Source: Naegleria gruberi (lineage: Eukaryota). From it: 64,000 nucleotides of DNA. The notes beneath the pieces are model-generated. The model searched no databases, was not told the DNA's origin, and saw nothing but the letters and a program-made list of their open reading frames with translations. Position 1 is the stretch's first letter, and each line of letters opens with the position of its first letter. The stretch is taken from the NCBI GenBank assembly GCA_000004985.1, contig GG738906.1, one strand, 5' to 3'. Below, piece by piece: positions 43,962 through 55,006 of the stretch. Made by a program: the position numbers and the translations under genes.

Positions 43962-44727
43962 ATGTCAGACTTGTCCTGGGAAGACGCTGAAATTGATGAT
44001 AAACCATTCTCATCTACACAAACAACAGCAGGTGATGATGATTGGGAAGACTTTGACCTTGATGCTGTTGAAAAGAAGCAACAAGAAGAGTTGAAGAAAA
44101 AGCAAGAACAACTTGCTGAAGCAGAAAGACAAGAAAAGTTGAAAAAACAACAACAAAAAGAACAAAAGTCAAACAAGAAGGCTGAAACTAGAACAACCTC
44201 TTCAGGAAACGCACCAACAGGTGATAAGAAGGTAGAAGGCATGTATTTGGATTATATGGAAAAGAAAACATCATATGACGAAGCTGAGGCTTTAATTGGA
44301 GGTGCTGGATCTGAATTTGCTAAACCAAAAATTGACTTGTTATCTCCTAAAACAGAGAAGGAATTTAACGAGTTTGGTGTTCTTGTTGCTGATAAGTTAT
44401 TGGAATTTGAAGTAAGTTTTATGACGGGATAATGTTTAACAACTTGATAATGTTTAGGATAGTAAATTCTACTTGGATTTGGTCAAGAGAATTGTAGAAG
44501 AAGCCACTATTAATTGGGATAGTGCTCAACTTAGAGAATTGACTAAACACGTCACCAATGTTTCAAATAAGAGAATGGAAGAAGAAAAGGAAAGAAAGGC
44601 AGGTGGTAAGAAAAAGAAAAAGACTGTGAACATTGAGAGAGATCTCAGTGCTAGTGCTGATCCATTTTCTGATTTAGGTGATGGAACAGGTGGACGTACT
44701 AAGTATGATGATGATGATTTTATGTAA
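43962..44727 (+). CDS. EIF3J: Eukaryotic translation initiation factor 3 subunit J (eIF3j); 2 exons (~43962..44411, ~44458..44727)
   Basis: Acidic N-terminus with W..DDWEDFD, Lys/Glu-rich middle, and C-terminal ...DDDFM matching eIF3j (...YEDFM). FGVLVADKLLEFE|DSKFYLDLV aligns with human FGKLLKDKITQYEKSLYYASFLEVLV. Confidence 0.8.
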
Positions 44728-44858
44728 ACGTGTAAAGTTATTGAGTTTTGAGTTCTTTGAAAAAGTTGAGTTATTATTTTTCCGAGTTAAATAACGAAGA
44801 AGATGAACCAATAAAAAAGTAGATTAAAACTTTTACCGCCAATTAAATTTAAAAAAAA

Positions 44859-47800
44859 ATGAGAAGAAGAATTAACAAGAACCAACAACAACCCCGAACA
44901 AACAAGAAGAGGGAATTATCGGAAAGTGAATCAGAGACTTCTGATGACGATTCTTCAAATTATGATCAATTGGAATCACTGTTGAAAAAACAAAAAAATA
45001 TTAATGAAAATTTCAATGATACAAACGAAGTTGACAATATCATAAAGAGAGAGAAGGGAAATTTTCTTGTTAAAGTTAGATCCAAATCATATTGGGACAC
45101 TGTATGGATGTCAAGAGAGGAGTTGAATAGAAAGGCTACCTTTAAATTGCTCTGGTTTGAAAATAATTATGGAACTAATAGTAGCGTTAATCTTTTAAAT
45201 AATGATTGGACCAAGATTGACTATCTTCTCGATGAACCAAAACCAGGTCAATATCTTGTCAAGTGGAGAGGGTTGCCAATATCAGAGAGCACTTTGGAAA
45301 CTAAATCTAAGATTATTTCAAATACATCAAACATTGAGTTTGAAAAACACTATTCACACTTTAAGAATAGAAAGAGCTTTAAATGTCCTACAAATGATGA
45401 AATTGAAAAAATTAGAATTGGGTTTCAATATGATTCCATGACTCTCACTAATCCTCATACTGAATTGATGAGTTACCAAAAACAAGCTGTAGAATGGTTG
45501 ATTTCGTCTTGGAAGAAACATGATAATTGTGTTCTTTCGGGTAAGTAGTCGATGTATTAAGATTATTTATTTAACTTGTTATTAGATGAGCCTGGTCTTG
45601 GAAAAACCGTACAGACCATTTCATTTCTTTCCATTATGAAAAGATATCTCAGTGGCCCATTTCTTATTGTTACCCCTCCTCAAAGATTACCGTTTTGGAA
45701 TTCTCAATTAGAAGTTTGGGCACCAGAATTAGTAACAGCTACATTTATTGGATCTAATCAAGATAAGCAAATGATCAAAAGACATTTAATCCAAGATAAG
45801 AATAATTTTTATTCGAATGTAATACTTACAACATTTGATTCCATGATATTGGATGAGAGTTGGTTCAAATTACATAATTGGCCCATTATTGTATTGGACC
45901 AAGCTCACAAAATTAGAAATTCAAAAACCAAATCCTTTTCTCTTATGAAAAGGCTTCAATATAATTTTCTCTTACTAGTCAGTGAAAACATTTACACTGG
46001 TACAACACATGATGAATACAAAGAAATACTTGATTTAGCAAGGATATCACCAAATTCAATATTGAGAAGAGAGAAGAACAATCTTAAAGATGTATTTAAA
46101 CCAAAATCTGATTTAATAATTGAAATACCTCTATCACCTTTACAAAAAAATTATTTGGCAAAGATTTTCAGACAAAATTCTTCAGTTTTATGTCAAGTAT
46201 TTGATGAGAAAAACTATTCAAAAGAGAATAAGGACAGATTAATAAGAGCATATCAACAATTATCTAATGCTTGCAATCATCCATATTTGAATATTGCGAG
46301 TGAAGATGAGCCTCAAAGACATGATCCAGTAGCATACTTTAATACTTATTTACAGGCATCTCCAAAATTATTGGTTTTGGAACGTTTGTTGGAAAAATTC
46401 TCCCAACAAAATGTGATTATTTTCAGTTCTTTTCCATGTATTATTGAGGAAATGCTAATACAACAAAAGAAAAATTACTCAATTATTACCAGTGAAAATG
46501 TAAATAATGTAACAACTGAAAAAATTGTTCTCATCTACCACAAAACAAGGCTTATTCCTGTCAAGTTTAACCACTTTGATTATATTATCATGTTTGATTC
46601 AGATTGGAATCCTACTCTTGACAATAGTCAAATTGAACGGTTCTTCACAATAGGTAAGGATACCAAAGTAATTAGATTGATGTGTGCAAAGGAATTGGAG
46701 AGGTTTCAACTCGAATTATCAGAAAAGGATAACTTGAAAGGATTTTTTAATAAGAGAATTAATGATCTCGATAAAGCCTTTAGGTCTATTGCTAAGGAAC
46801 TTTTACTAGGTGAGCAAGACCAATTAAATGCTCTTAATGATGCTTCTAGACTGGAATTGTCCAATCAAGATATTGAAAATATGCTTTCTAAAGGGTTACA
46901 ATCAGTGGAAAAAGATTCAACAGTAACAACAAATATTACTACTTCCAATAGATATTGGTGTCATGTTTTTGGTATCCCAAGTACAAATCAAATTGTAGAT
47001 ATTAGCACTCAAAATGATGTTTTGTATATTCCTACCATGAATTCTTTCTTGAATTATGATATTCATTTAGAAGAAAAAAAGGATGACTTTGAAGAATATT
47101 CGAGTGAATATCAAAGTATGAATATTGCATTAGAACTTTCCAATACAGTCGAATCCCTTGTGGTTGATGTTGAAAATATCAAAAAAGCACTTGAAAAAAC
47201 AGCCGACAAGGAAAAGAGAAGGAATCTAGTTGATGTTTTGCGAAAGAAAGAATTCAAGATTGAAGAAGAATCTATTCGTTTAAGAATTTATAGTCGGCAA
47301 ATGAAAAATTCAAACATTAGAATAATATCTCCAACTAATGTGCTTGTAAAGGGGTTTACAAGAAAAGAAAGGTTAGTATTTTATCAAACCATACTTAGAT
47401 ATGGTTTAGGAATAGGATCCACCCAAGATGGAAAATGGCAACAGTTTTACTCTATCATTAATCCAAAATTGAGAGGAAAGTCGATTCAGGAAATTAAGGA
47501 ATTTGGTGCTTTTATTTTGGATCACTTATCAGAGCAAGTAGATCAAAATTATTCACACTACTCAGATGGAACACCTACAGATTCTATCAATGGCACCAAG
47601 ATTTTACAACGAATTGGTTCTATGTTTTTAGTACATTCCATTGTTGAAAAGTATTCCCAATTTCCTATTGAAACTAATTTTGATATTAGTTTTGTAGAGT
47701 CAGTTTTGGAACTCAACGAAAGAAGTACTGATTTTTTTGAGATGGAGAAACCAACTACTGATTGGAAATTGGTTCATGATTTGATAGTGTTGAGAGGATG

Positions 47801-48005
47801 TACCAAGTACGGATTTGCTAGGTGGGATCAAATTCTTCAAGATGATACTTTTGAATTTACAACATTGAAAACCATAATTTCAAGTTTATTCCAAAACTCT
47901 AAAAAGATGAAAATAGATTTTCTAAATAATAGATTAATCAAATTGTTAGAATGCTTGAGCGCAGAGTTTGCAAAACAGAAAAATAAACTTTCAATAATAG
48001 ATTAA
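44859..48005 (+). CDS. CHD-like protein (chromo-type motifs + SNF2-family helicase fold) with degenerate ATPase motifs; 2 exons (~44859..45543, ~45591..48005)
   Basis: Chromodomain-like YLVKWRGLPISESTLE. SNF2 motif I LSDEPGLGKTVQTI is split by a 47-nt GTAAGT..TATTAG intron. Motif II reads DQAHKIRN instead of DEAHRLKN. Motif III TGTP is TGTT. Motif V/VI region reads FDSDWNPTLDNSQIERFFTIGKDTKVIRL instead of ..QAQDRAHRIGQ... C-terminal GFARWDQIL is SANT/SLIDE-like. Confidence 0.65.
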
Positions 48006-48078
48006 ACAAATTTTTTGAACAAGCTCAATAAATTTCCAATTAACATGCTTGCTACAGGTTAAAACAATTTTAGAAAAA

Positions 48079-48453
48079 ATGTCATCGGTAGGTGCTCTTC
48101 TTTTTATTTTATATTAAATATTGGTGATCATCAATTTTACTTTGTTGTGCGAATAGTTTTTAGAAAGACTTATTAATCCAAAACCTTTTCTCAATGACAA
48201 CATCGGAAAAGCTGTAGTAGTTAAACTTAAATGGGGAATGGAATATAAAGGTTTATTAAAATCTGTTGATGATTACATGAATTTCCAATTGGCAAATACT
48301 GAAGAGTGGATAGAAGGAAAATTTAAAGGAAATTTAGGAGATGTATTGATACGATGCAATAATGTAATGTATCTTCGTCAAGTTGATGAAGAAATAGAAA
48401 AAGAATATACACAAAGTGGGGCTTCTACTGAAGATGTAAAAATGGAACAATAA
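48079..48453 (+). CDS. SNRPF: Small nuclear ribonucleoprotein Sm F (SNRPF); 2 exons (short first exon MSS.., then ~48157/48164..48453)
   Basis: ..[75 protein letters not shown] matches human SmF ([74 protein letters not shown]). Exact exon 1/2 junction is ambiguous between two donor/acceptor pairs. Confidence 0.8.
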
Positions 48454-48669
48454 TGAAGAGAATACAAATTTTGGAGTTTTATTTTGGAGTTTAATGTTTG
48501 TCTAAGTAGAAAGCTTTGATCACAAAAACACCTAGGAAAAAGTTTTAGAATAAAGACTAATTGTTTGCTCTCTAATAACAGGGTTAATTTCCGGTAGAAA
48601 CATTGATGGTATTCAAAAAGTCAAACAATATTCAAATGTCATCAATCCATAAAAAAATCAGATCAAAAC

Positions 48670-49609
48670 AATGCCAAGTAACGAGACAGAAATCAAATGT
48701 GTTGTTGTTGGAGACGGAGCTGTTGGTAGGTTTTGTTGAACTGCTTTTTGCAAATAGATGATCATCTAAAATATTAAATTAACCGATATCAAGGTAAAAC
48801 ATGTCTTGTAGGTTTAACTTTTAGAAAATATGCATGGATTTGAGCAATATTGTTTAATTATTGATCCGAAGGTTAAAGTTTATGTCGACAATAAATTTCC
48901 AGAAGGATATGTTCCAACTGTATTCGAAAATACATACCTCATTAAGGAGTATAGAGGACTGAGAGTAAATTTAGGAATTTGGGATACAGGTAAGTGTTTT
49001 AATTAATCAATAGAGTGAGAAATAATGACATATCCTACAGCTGGACAAGAAGATTAGTATGTTTTTATTTGAAATTGAATCTCTTACCATTTTCTTTGTA
49101 GTGGTAGGTTTCTAAATTTACAAACAATTAATCTTCAAATCAGATCGATTGAGACCTCTATCGTATCCAGGAGCTAATATAATTGTATTATGTTTGAGTA
49201 TAGTTGGTATCAAACCATTCGATAATATCAATTACAAGTACGTAAATTTCTTTTTAAAATGAATTTTTAATGAAAATTACAGATGGTTACCTGAAGTTCG
49301 TCATCATTGCCCAAATATTCCATATGTTATAGCAGCAACAAAATCAGATCTTCGAGAAGACCCACAATCTTTAAAGGAATTATCAAATAAGGGTTTACAA
49401 CCAGTTACAACAGAGCAAGTTAAGGAATTTTCAGATGAAATTAAGGCGTTTGGATACCAAGAATGCTCAAGCAGATTGAATAAGGGTGTAAATGAACTCT
49501 TTGAATTAGTAATGAAAGCTGTACTATTTCCAAATGAAGGGGCCAACTCAAAAGCTTCATCTTCAGCTTCATCTGCAGACGCAAAGAAGAAGAATTGTCT
49601 TTTAATGTA
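48670..49609 (+). CDS. Rho/Rac-family small GTPase with C-terminal CaaX (CLLM); ~7 exons including 14-nt, 16-nt and a putative 2-nt micro-exon
   Basis: Reconstructed MPSNETEIKCVVVGDGAVG|KTCL|VKVYVDNKFPEGYVPTVFENTY...NLGIWDT|AGQED|Y|DRLRPLSYPGANIIVLCLS...K|WLPEVRHHCPNIPYVIAATKSDLRED...KKKNCLLM, near-colinear with Rac1. Donors GTAGGT/GTAAGT/GTATGT/GTACGT. Confidence 0.75.
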
Positions 49610-50008
49610 AAAAGTTGTAGTTTATGTTATAACAAATTTCTTATTTGAATGTGCTTGTACAAAATTATTTAATATGAAATTAATAATTTAAAATTTGTAA
49701 AAATTACGATATTATCACATTATAATTTCTCTCAAAAGGAGATATGAATTTGTTGAAAGAGATACACTCTGGCTGCTAGACAATAAGCTCTCCTTATCAC
49801 CAAAGAAGTAATCGCCATGCCTTTAATTAATTAAAAAAAATTGAATGAAGGCAACCCTGTGGAAGGTTGATTGTTTTTTATTGTAGATTTAAAATCGTAG
49901 ATTATCAAGGGCGGGCACTATAGTGAACAATAAAAACACATCCAACAAAGTAGTAATATAATACTTTAAGAGAGGATTTGAGGAAACAACTAAAATATTG
50001 AATTTAAA

Positions 50009-51520
50009 ATGTCTGATACAGGATTAAATGTAGATTTGGCTCAAAGTATGATGATTTCTCCCCAATCAATAGTTGTTGCGAACAATAATCATCACGGAAG
50101 CATTGTTAGTGGAGCAGGGAGAAGTTATAACACAAGGAGAATTCCTCAAACAATTGCAGGAGGAAACCCTAGCAATAATGGAGGTGGAAACACCTTTTTG
50201 ACAGAAGTTGCAACCAACGACCATTACGACACTAGAATAGTATACCCAAATGTTGCAGAGACACCTCATCCTGCTATTACTAAGGGAAAGTCATACCATG
50301 CACCGGTTCAAGAGCTTGGATCCCAACTTTACGCTCTTCATAAGAAACAACAACAAATTTTACGTAAAATTAACGATCAGAGGCAAACAATACATCAACC
50401 AATAGTTGTTCATGGTTATAAGGACTCTCAATTTAATAATGGAATTAGAAAATTACCTCCACCACAAAAAAAGGATGCCTACTATCCTCTTAAAAAATTG
50501 AATAAGAGGAAACAGATTGAGGAGTTGGCAGCAGAACTATCTAAAAAAGATAATTTTGGTCACTCCTTTTCCAAACACTCTGTTGATGATGACACACTCT
50601 CTGTAAGATCAAGGAGATCTACAAAGTCAAGAAGTCTACCACCAATATCAACAAGATCAGAGAACAGTGATGCCATAAGCCAGGCATTCAGTGATCTCAA
50701 TCCTGATAGGGATTATCACGATGACAAAATTTCTCAATTTTCCTCAACATCTAAGAATTCAAGAAAAAGTAGAAAGGGTGAGTCAGAGGTTTCATTTTCT
50801 ATTGGAAGTGATGCAGAGAGTGATCGTATTAGACAATTAGAGGAGAGTTTGAAACAGGAGGAGAGCTCAAGACAAACCTTCCTCAAGGTTCTCGATGACA
50901 TTCAGAAAAAGCAGGAATATTTATTGAGCAAACTTTCTCCAGATGACAGAAAACAATTTGAAAACCTCTATGGCGCGTCATCTCTTGTTGCAAGCTTAAT
51001 GCCTTCCAAGGATACTGATTCAGTTTCACATCTTTCTACTAAAGATGTAGATGCACTCTCAACTAGGGAGCACTTACCAAAACTCGACAATCAACCCCCT
51101 TCTCAAAAGGGGCCCAAAAGTGTCTTCTCTGCCGCTCCTTCACAACACTCCCAAGTATCGAGACACTCCTACCATTCACAACAATCTCAACAATCAAACA
51201 TATCAAAATCAGCTAGTCAATACTCCTATCAATCCAGAAATTCAAATACTTCTCACACCTCTGGAAAAACCACAACATCTCAAATATCGACCATTAAGAA
51301 AATGATTAAGGAAATGTTCCATACTATTGTTAGTACAGAATCAATTGTGACTCTGGATCAGTCAACTCAGTTAGCTAAACTCTTAGAAAAATATCCTGAT
51401 GTTTTGAATGAAGAAGACAAACAGAGGTTTTATGCAAAGCACAATGACCCAAGATTTAATGGCGCCAGCTATAGGTCATTAAACACTAAGGATCATTTTG
51501 GAAGGGTTGTGTTTTATTAA
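50009..51520 (+). CDS. Ser/Gln/Asn-rich low-complexity protein (503 aa), unknown function
   Basis: ATG-initiated single ORF in a coding-like context. Composition is dominated by S, Q, N, K, with no recognisable domain. Ordered C-terminal ~70 aa. Confidence 0.35.
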   Translation: MSDTGLNVDLAQSMMISPQSIVVANNNHHGSIVSGAGRSYNTRRIPQTIAGGNPSNNGGGNTFLTEVATNDHYDTRIVYPNVAETPHPAITKGKSYHAPVQELGSQLYALHKKQQQILRKINDQRQTIHQPIVVHGYKDSQFNNGIRKLPPPQKKDAYYPLKKLNKRKQIEELAAELSKKDNFGHSFSKHSVDDDTLSVRSRRSTKSRSLPPISTRSENSDAISQAFSDLNPDRDYHDDKISQFSSTSKNSRKSRKGESEVSFSIGSDAESDRIRQLEESLKQEESSRQTFLKVLDDIQKKQEYLLSKLSPDDRKQFENLYGASSLVASLMPSKDTDSVSHLSTKDVDALSTREHLPKLDNQPPSQKGPKSVFSAAPSQHSQVSRHSYHSQQSQQSNISKSASQYSYQSRNSNTSHTSGKTTTSQISTIKKMIKEMFHTIVSTESIVTLDQSTQLAKLLEKYPDVLNEEDKQRFYAKHNDPRFNGASYRSLNTKDHFGRVVFY

Positions 51521-51563
51521 AATTACTAATAAACTTGTAAATGTTAAAATACATGACAAGGAC

Positions 51564-54500
51564 TTAATTATTAGAATGTTGAAATTGTTGATTGAATTCT
51601 TCTTCTTGTAAATCAATGTTAGTGGGAGAATTACTACTAATTGCCAGGTCAGATAGGGCAGAAAAAGAAGATGACTCAGAAACTCTAAATTCCTTATTAT
51701 CTGCAAGTGTGGACTGTTCTTTGATTTCTGGTGGTGCTTTCTTTTTGATGGCAAGATCCATCTCTTTTTTGATTTCGTTTAGAATGAAATTCTTTTCTTC
51801 CACAACATACTTGTCCTCTGAATATTTGATTGAGAAGAAGGGATCATTTAGTATTTGAGCAGCTGTTGGTCTCTTGGATGGATTCAAGTTAAAACAATGT
51901 CGAATGATTAATTTTAACTCTTCTCTACATTCTGGAATATAATTTACAAGAGAATTGGCATTCTCCAACATGTATTCAACTTGTTCTCGTGTTGATTTTT
52001 TCACCAATCCTCCACTTAATTCCCAAGGATTGTATCCAGTAATCATCTCACAAAGGGTACACCCAAAGCTCCAAATATCTGAAGCTGCAGCATTTCTTTT
52101 TGCCTTGTAAGGTTTTGATGAGCTAGGATTTGCGTAGTAGTGATTGATAATTTCAGGTGCCCTTAATATATTCAATTAAAACGTTTAATACTTATTTCAA
52201 TATAATAACTCAAATTTGAACTTACATGAACATTAGTGTTCCACCAATAGGTTCATCAGTATCCTCTGGAATATTTGAGGATGGTAATTCATCTTTCAAT
52301 TGAATACTTTCCCCAAAATCACTCAATACTACATTATCCTCATCTTTGAGTAGAATATTTGAACATTTAATGTCTCTGTGAATAATAGCTTTTCTCTGAT
52401 GATTAGATTCATGCAAATATGCCAATGCAGACAAAATTTGAACAGAGTATTTTTGAATGAGGAAATAACTCAACTTTGGATACTTAAAACCAAAATAACT
52501 TCTCTCAGATTTCATTATTTTCTGAAGCATACTCTTAACACTTCCCCCTCCCATGTACTCCATTTTTATATAGTAATTGGATCCAGAATAACTCGTTGAT
52601 AAATACTTGATAATGTGAGGATGATCTAATTTTTGAACCAAGTCAACTTCTTGTTCAATCTTTTTGATGGGAATCTTTTTGAGGTCAAGTTGTTTGATAG
52701 CAACAAAATTATATGGTGCCACTCTGTCAATTCTATTCAAATATATTTGAATACATTATTGTAAAATGTAATCAAAATGAATGAGATAGTGAGAATACTT
52801 ACGCTAATTGAACAACACCAAAAGTTCCCTCTCCCAAACCATGAACATACATCCAGTCTGTCTCATTATAAATCAATTCTACTTCAAATTCATCTTTTTG
52901 AACAGCATTTGAGAAGAAGTAATTTAACATTTTTTCCATATCCTCTGAGGTATGTACATTGATTTTCTGATCACCCATTTCATATATTAAACTTAATTCA
53001 TTATTGTGAATCATTCTGTTAGTATTGCTGAAAAAATTTTCTTTCAATCCATTCAATAAGGTTTCAAATCGTGTGGTGTTTGTAATATCCATCTTGATTA
53101 ATTTAGAGCTATGTTTAACAATTAATTGTCTCTTGTTAATATTCTTTAGTAATTTATCACAATAATCGTAGAGTGGTGATACTAGATCAATCTTATCAGG
53201 AAATTCCTGATGTAGGTCGAGTGGATTAAGATTAAATTGTTGAATTAATAATTTCAAGAATGGCTTGCATGATAATTCAAAAAATTTTACCCCTAAAAAA
53301 AGTATAAATTTTCTGAAATGACTTTCCAAATGGTGTACACTTATTTCTTCTTTCAATTCAGTCCTTTTAAAATGTATATATGCTGTTAGATCCATCATGT
53401 CATATTCTGAAGGTTCAATAGAAGGATCAGATATTATAGTGATCAGTTTTTCGAATTTCTCTTTGAAAATTGCTTTCAGTTTCTTATAGATGAGTGTGTC
53501 TTTTTTAGAGAACTTTTTGATAAAATCTTCCACTTCCTTCTTTTTTGCAAGACTAGCCGGGGTTTTACCATCAGAATCTTTTTTACCTTTATCTGCACAG
53601 TGTGTTAGGAGACTTTTGACAATTTCTAAATCTCCCTTCTCAGAAGATATGTGAAGTGGTGTTCTGCCCTTCTAAAGATGAAATTTAATAATTTTTACAA
53701 TAAAATCAACTAAAACTTACGCTGTCAATAACATCTGCCTTGGCACTATGTTTCAGCAATAGTTCCACAATGTGTGTAAAAGAATTCCGACAGGCTATCA
53801 ATAGTGGTGTGGTTCTATCTTTTCCATTTGACATTATGTTAACGGAAGACTTGGCTTCAAGGAGAATTTTAACAATTAGCTCATTACCATTTAAACAGGC
53901 AATATGGAGACACGTCTTGTTTCAAATTAAAGTTTGTGCAAAAGAGATGAAAACATACCAGTCCTTTCTATTTTGAAGGTTGAATACTAAGAGATTATTA
54001 ACAAACCTACATAATTCGTTTGATTGGTATTTGCTCCTCTTTCAATTAAATATTGACTAATGGAAACATCATTTCTAGAAACTGCTTCAAAGAGAGGAGT
54101 TTCATGATACTTTAATTGTAAAAATATAAAGAGAAATTAACCACATACATATCTATTTGGCTGTTGAATATTTGAATTGTAATCTTCAACAAGTAGTTTT
54201 ACAATTTTCAAATTTCTTCCTCTAACTGATAAATGAAGAGGTGTTCCATCATACTGAGGAGTCAAATTCCAAAAGATGTTATCAATTCCAATATGAATGA
54301 ATACTCACTGCTGATTCCATATCTACCCTAGCTCCATTTTCCAATAAGAATTTAGCAATTTTATAATATCCTAATCTACATGCCAACATCAGTGGTGTCT
54401 GTTAATTGTCAGGCTATTTAGCTGATCCAAAACATTCCGAAAACCTACATAAAATTCCTATTGTAGAAGAATATTATTGATCAAATTATAGTGCCACTCA

Positions 54501-54753
54501 CATACATATTCATCCTTTTTTATAAAAGTATTATCATCATATTAGAATTAATTTTGTGATGACTTACATCATCTTCATCTATGTAATTTACATCATGTGT
54601 TGCCAATCCCATATTTATAATATCATGATAGAGAGGTGATGAAGTATAAATTGTTGATGATTGTTGAGTTAAAGAAATTTCCGTCACATTGGGTTTTAAT
54701 ATTTCCCTTTTTAATGATTTTAAGTCATTGTCCCGAATGTATTTCATAATCAA
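51564..54753 (-). CDS. Ankyrin-repeat-containing Ser/Thr protein kinase; ~8-9 exons (N-terminal ANK repeats, C-terminal kinase domain)
   Basis: Kinase subdomains GLGEGTFGVVQLA, VAIKQLD, HRDIKCSNILL, DFGES, APE, DIWSFGCTL spread over exons 52799..53533, 52222..52740 and 51564..52175. Upstream minus-strand exons encode ANK repeats (TPLHIACLNGNELIVKILLEAK...; GRTPLHISSEKGDLEIVKSLLTHCAD; TPLMLACRLGYYKIAKFLLENGARVD) with GTAAGT/GTGAGT donors. First exon MIMKYIRDNDLKSLKRE at ~54753. Confidence 0.7.
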
Positions 54754-55006
54754 TGATTTCTATCCTAAAGTAAATTATTTCCATTAATCGGAATCAACCT
54801 ACACTTTTCCCCATTTTTTTAAAATGAAAGTTTGAGAAGTGGTTGATCTTCCTTCTTTATTAGGATCACTTTTGAAAGAATCAAGAGAATCAAAGAACAA
54901 TTCCTTTTAAACAAAAATTAAAATCTATTAAAAAGAAAACGGACAGTAAAAATTAATAAGGAAATTGAAAATATTTACGACCGTTTAAAACAACATTAAA
55001 AAAAAA

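Noticed and set aside
48471-48494. Short direct repeat ttttggagttttattttggagttt downstream of SmF
   Set aside because: Only two copies of a 10-12-nt unit in a 3' UTR-like AT-rich spacer. Too short to call a repeat element or regulatory site.
49304-49546. Minus-strand 80-aa ORF in Rho GTPase last exon
   Set aside because: Antisense of the conserved WLPEVRHHCPN...CLLM exon.
49610-50008. 400-bp spacer with GC-rich core gggcgggcactatagtgaac and palindromic ttaattaattaa
   Set aside because: Could be promoter elements for the S-rich gene, but there is no repeat structure, ORF or RNA-gene signature that I can support.
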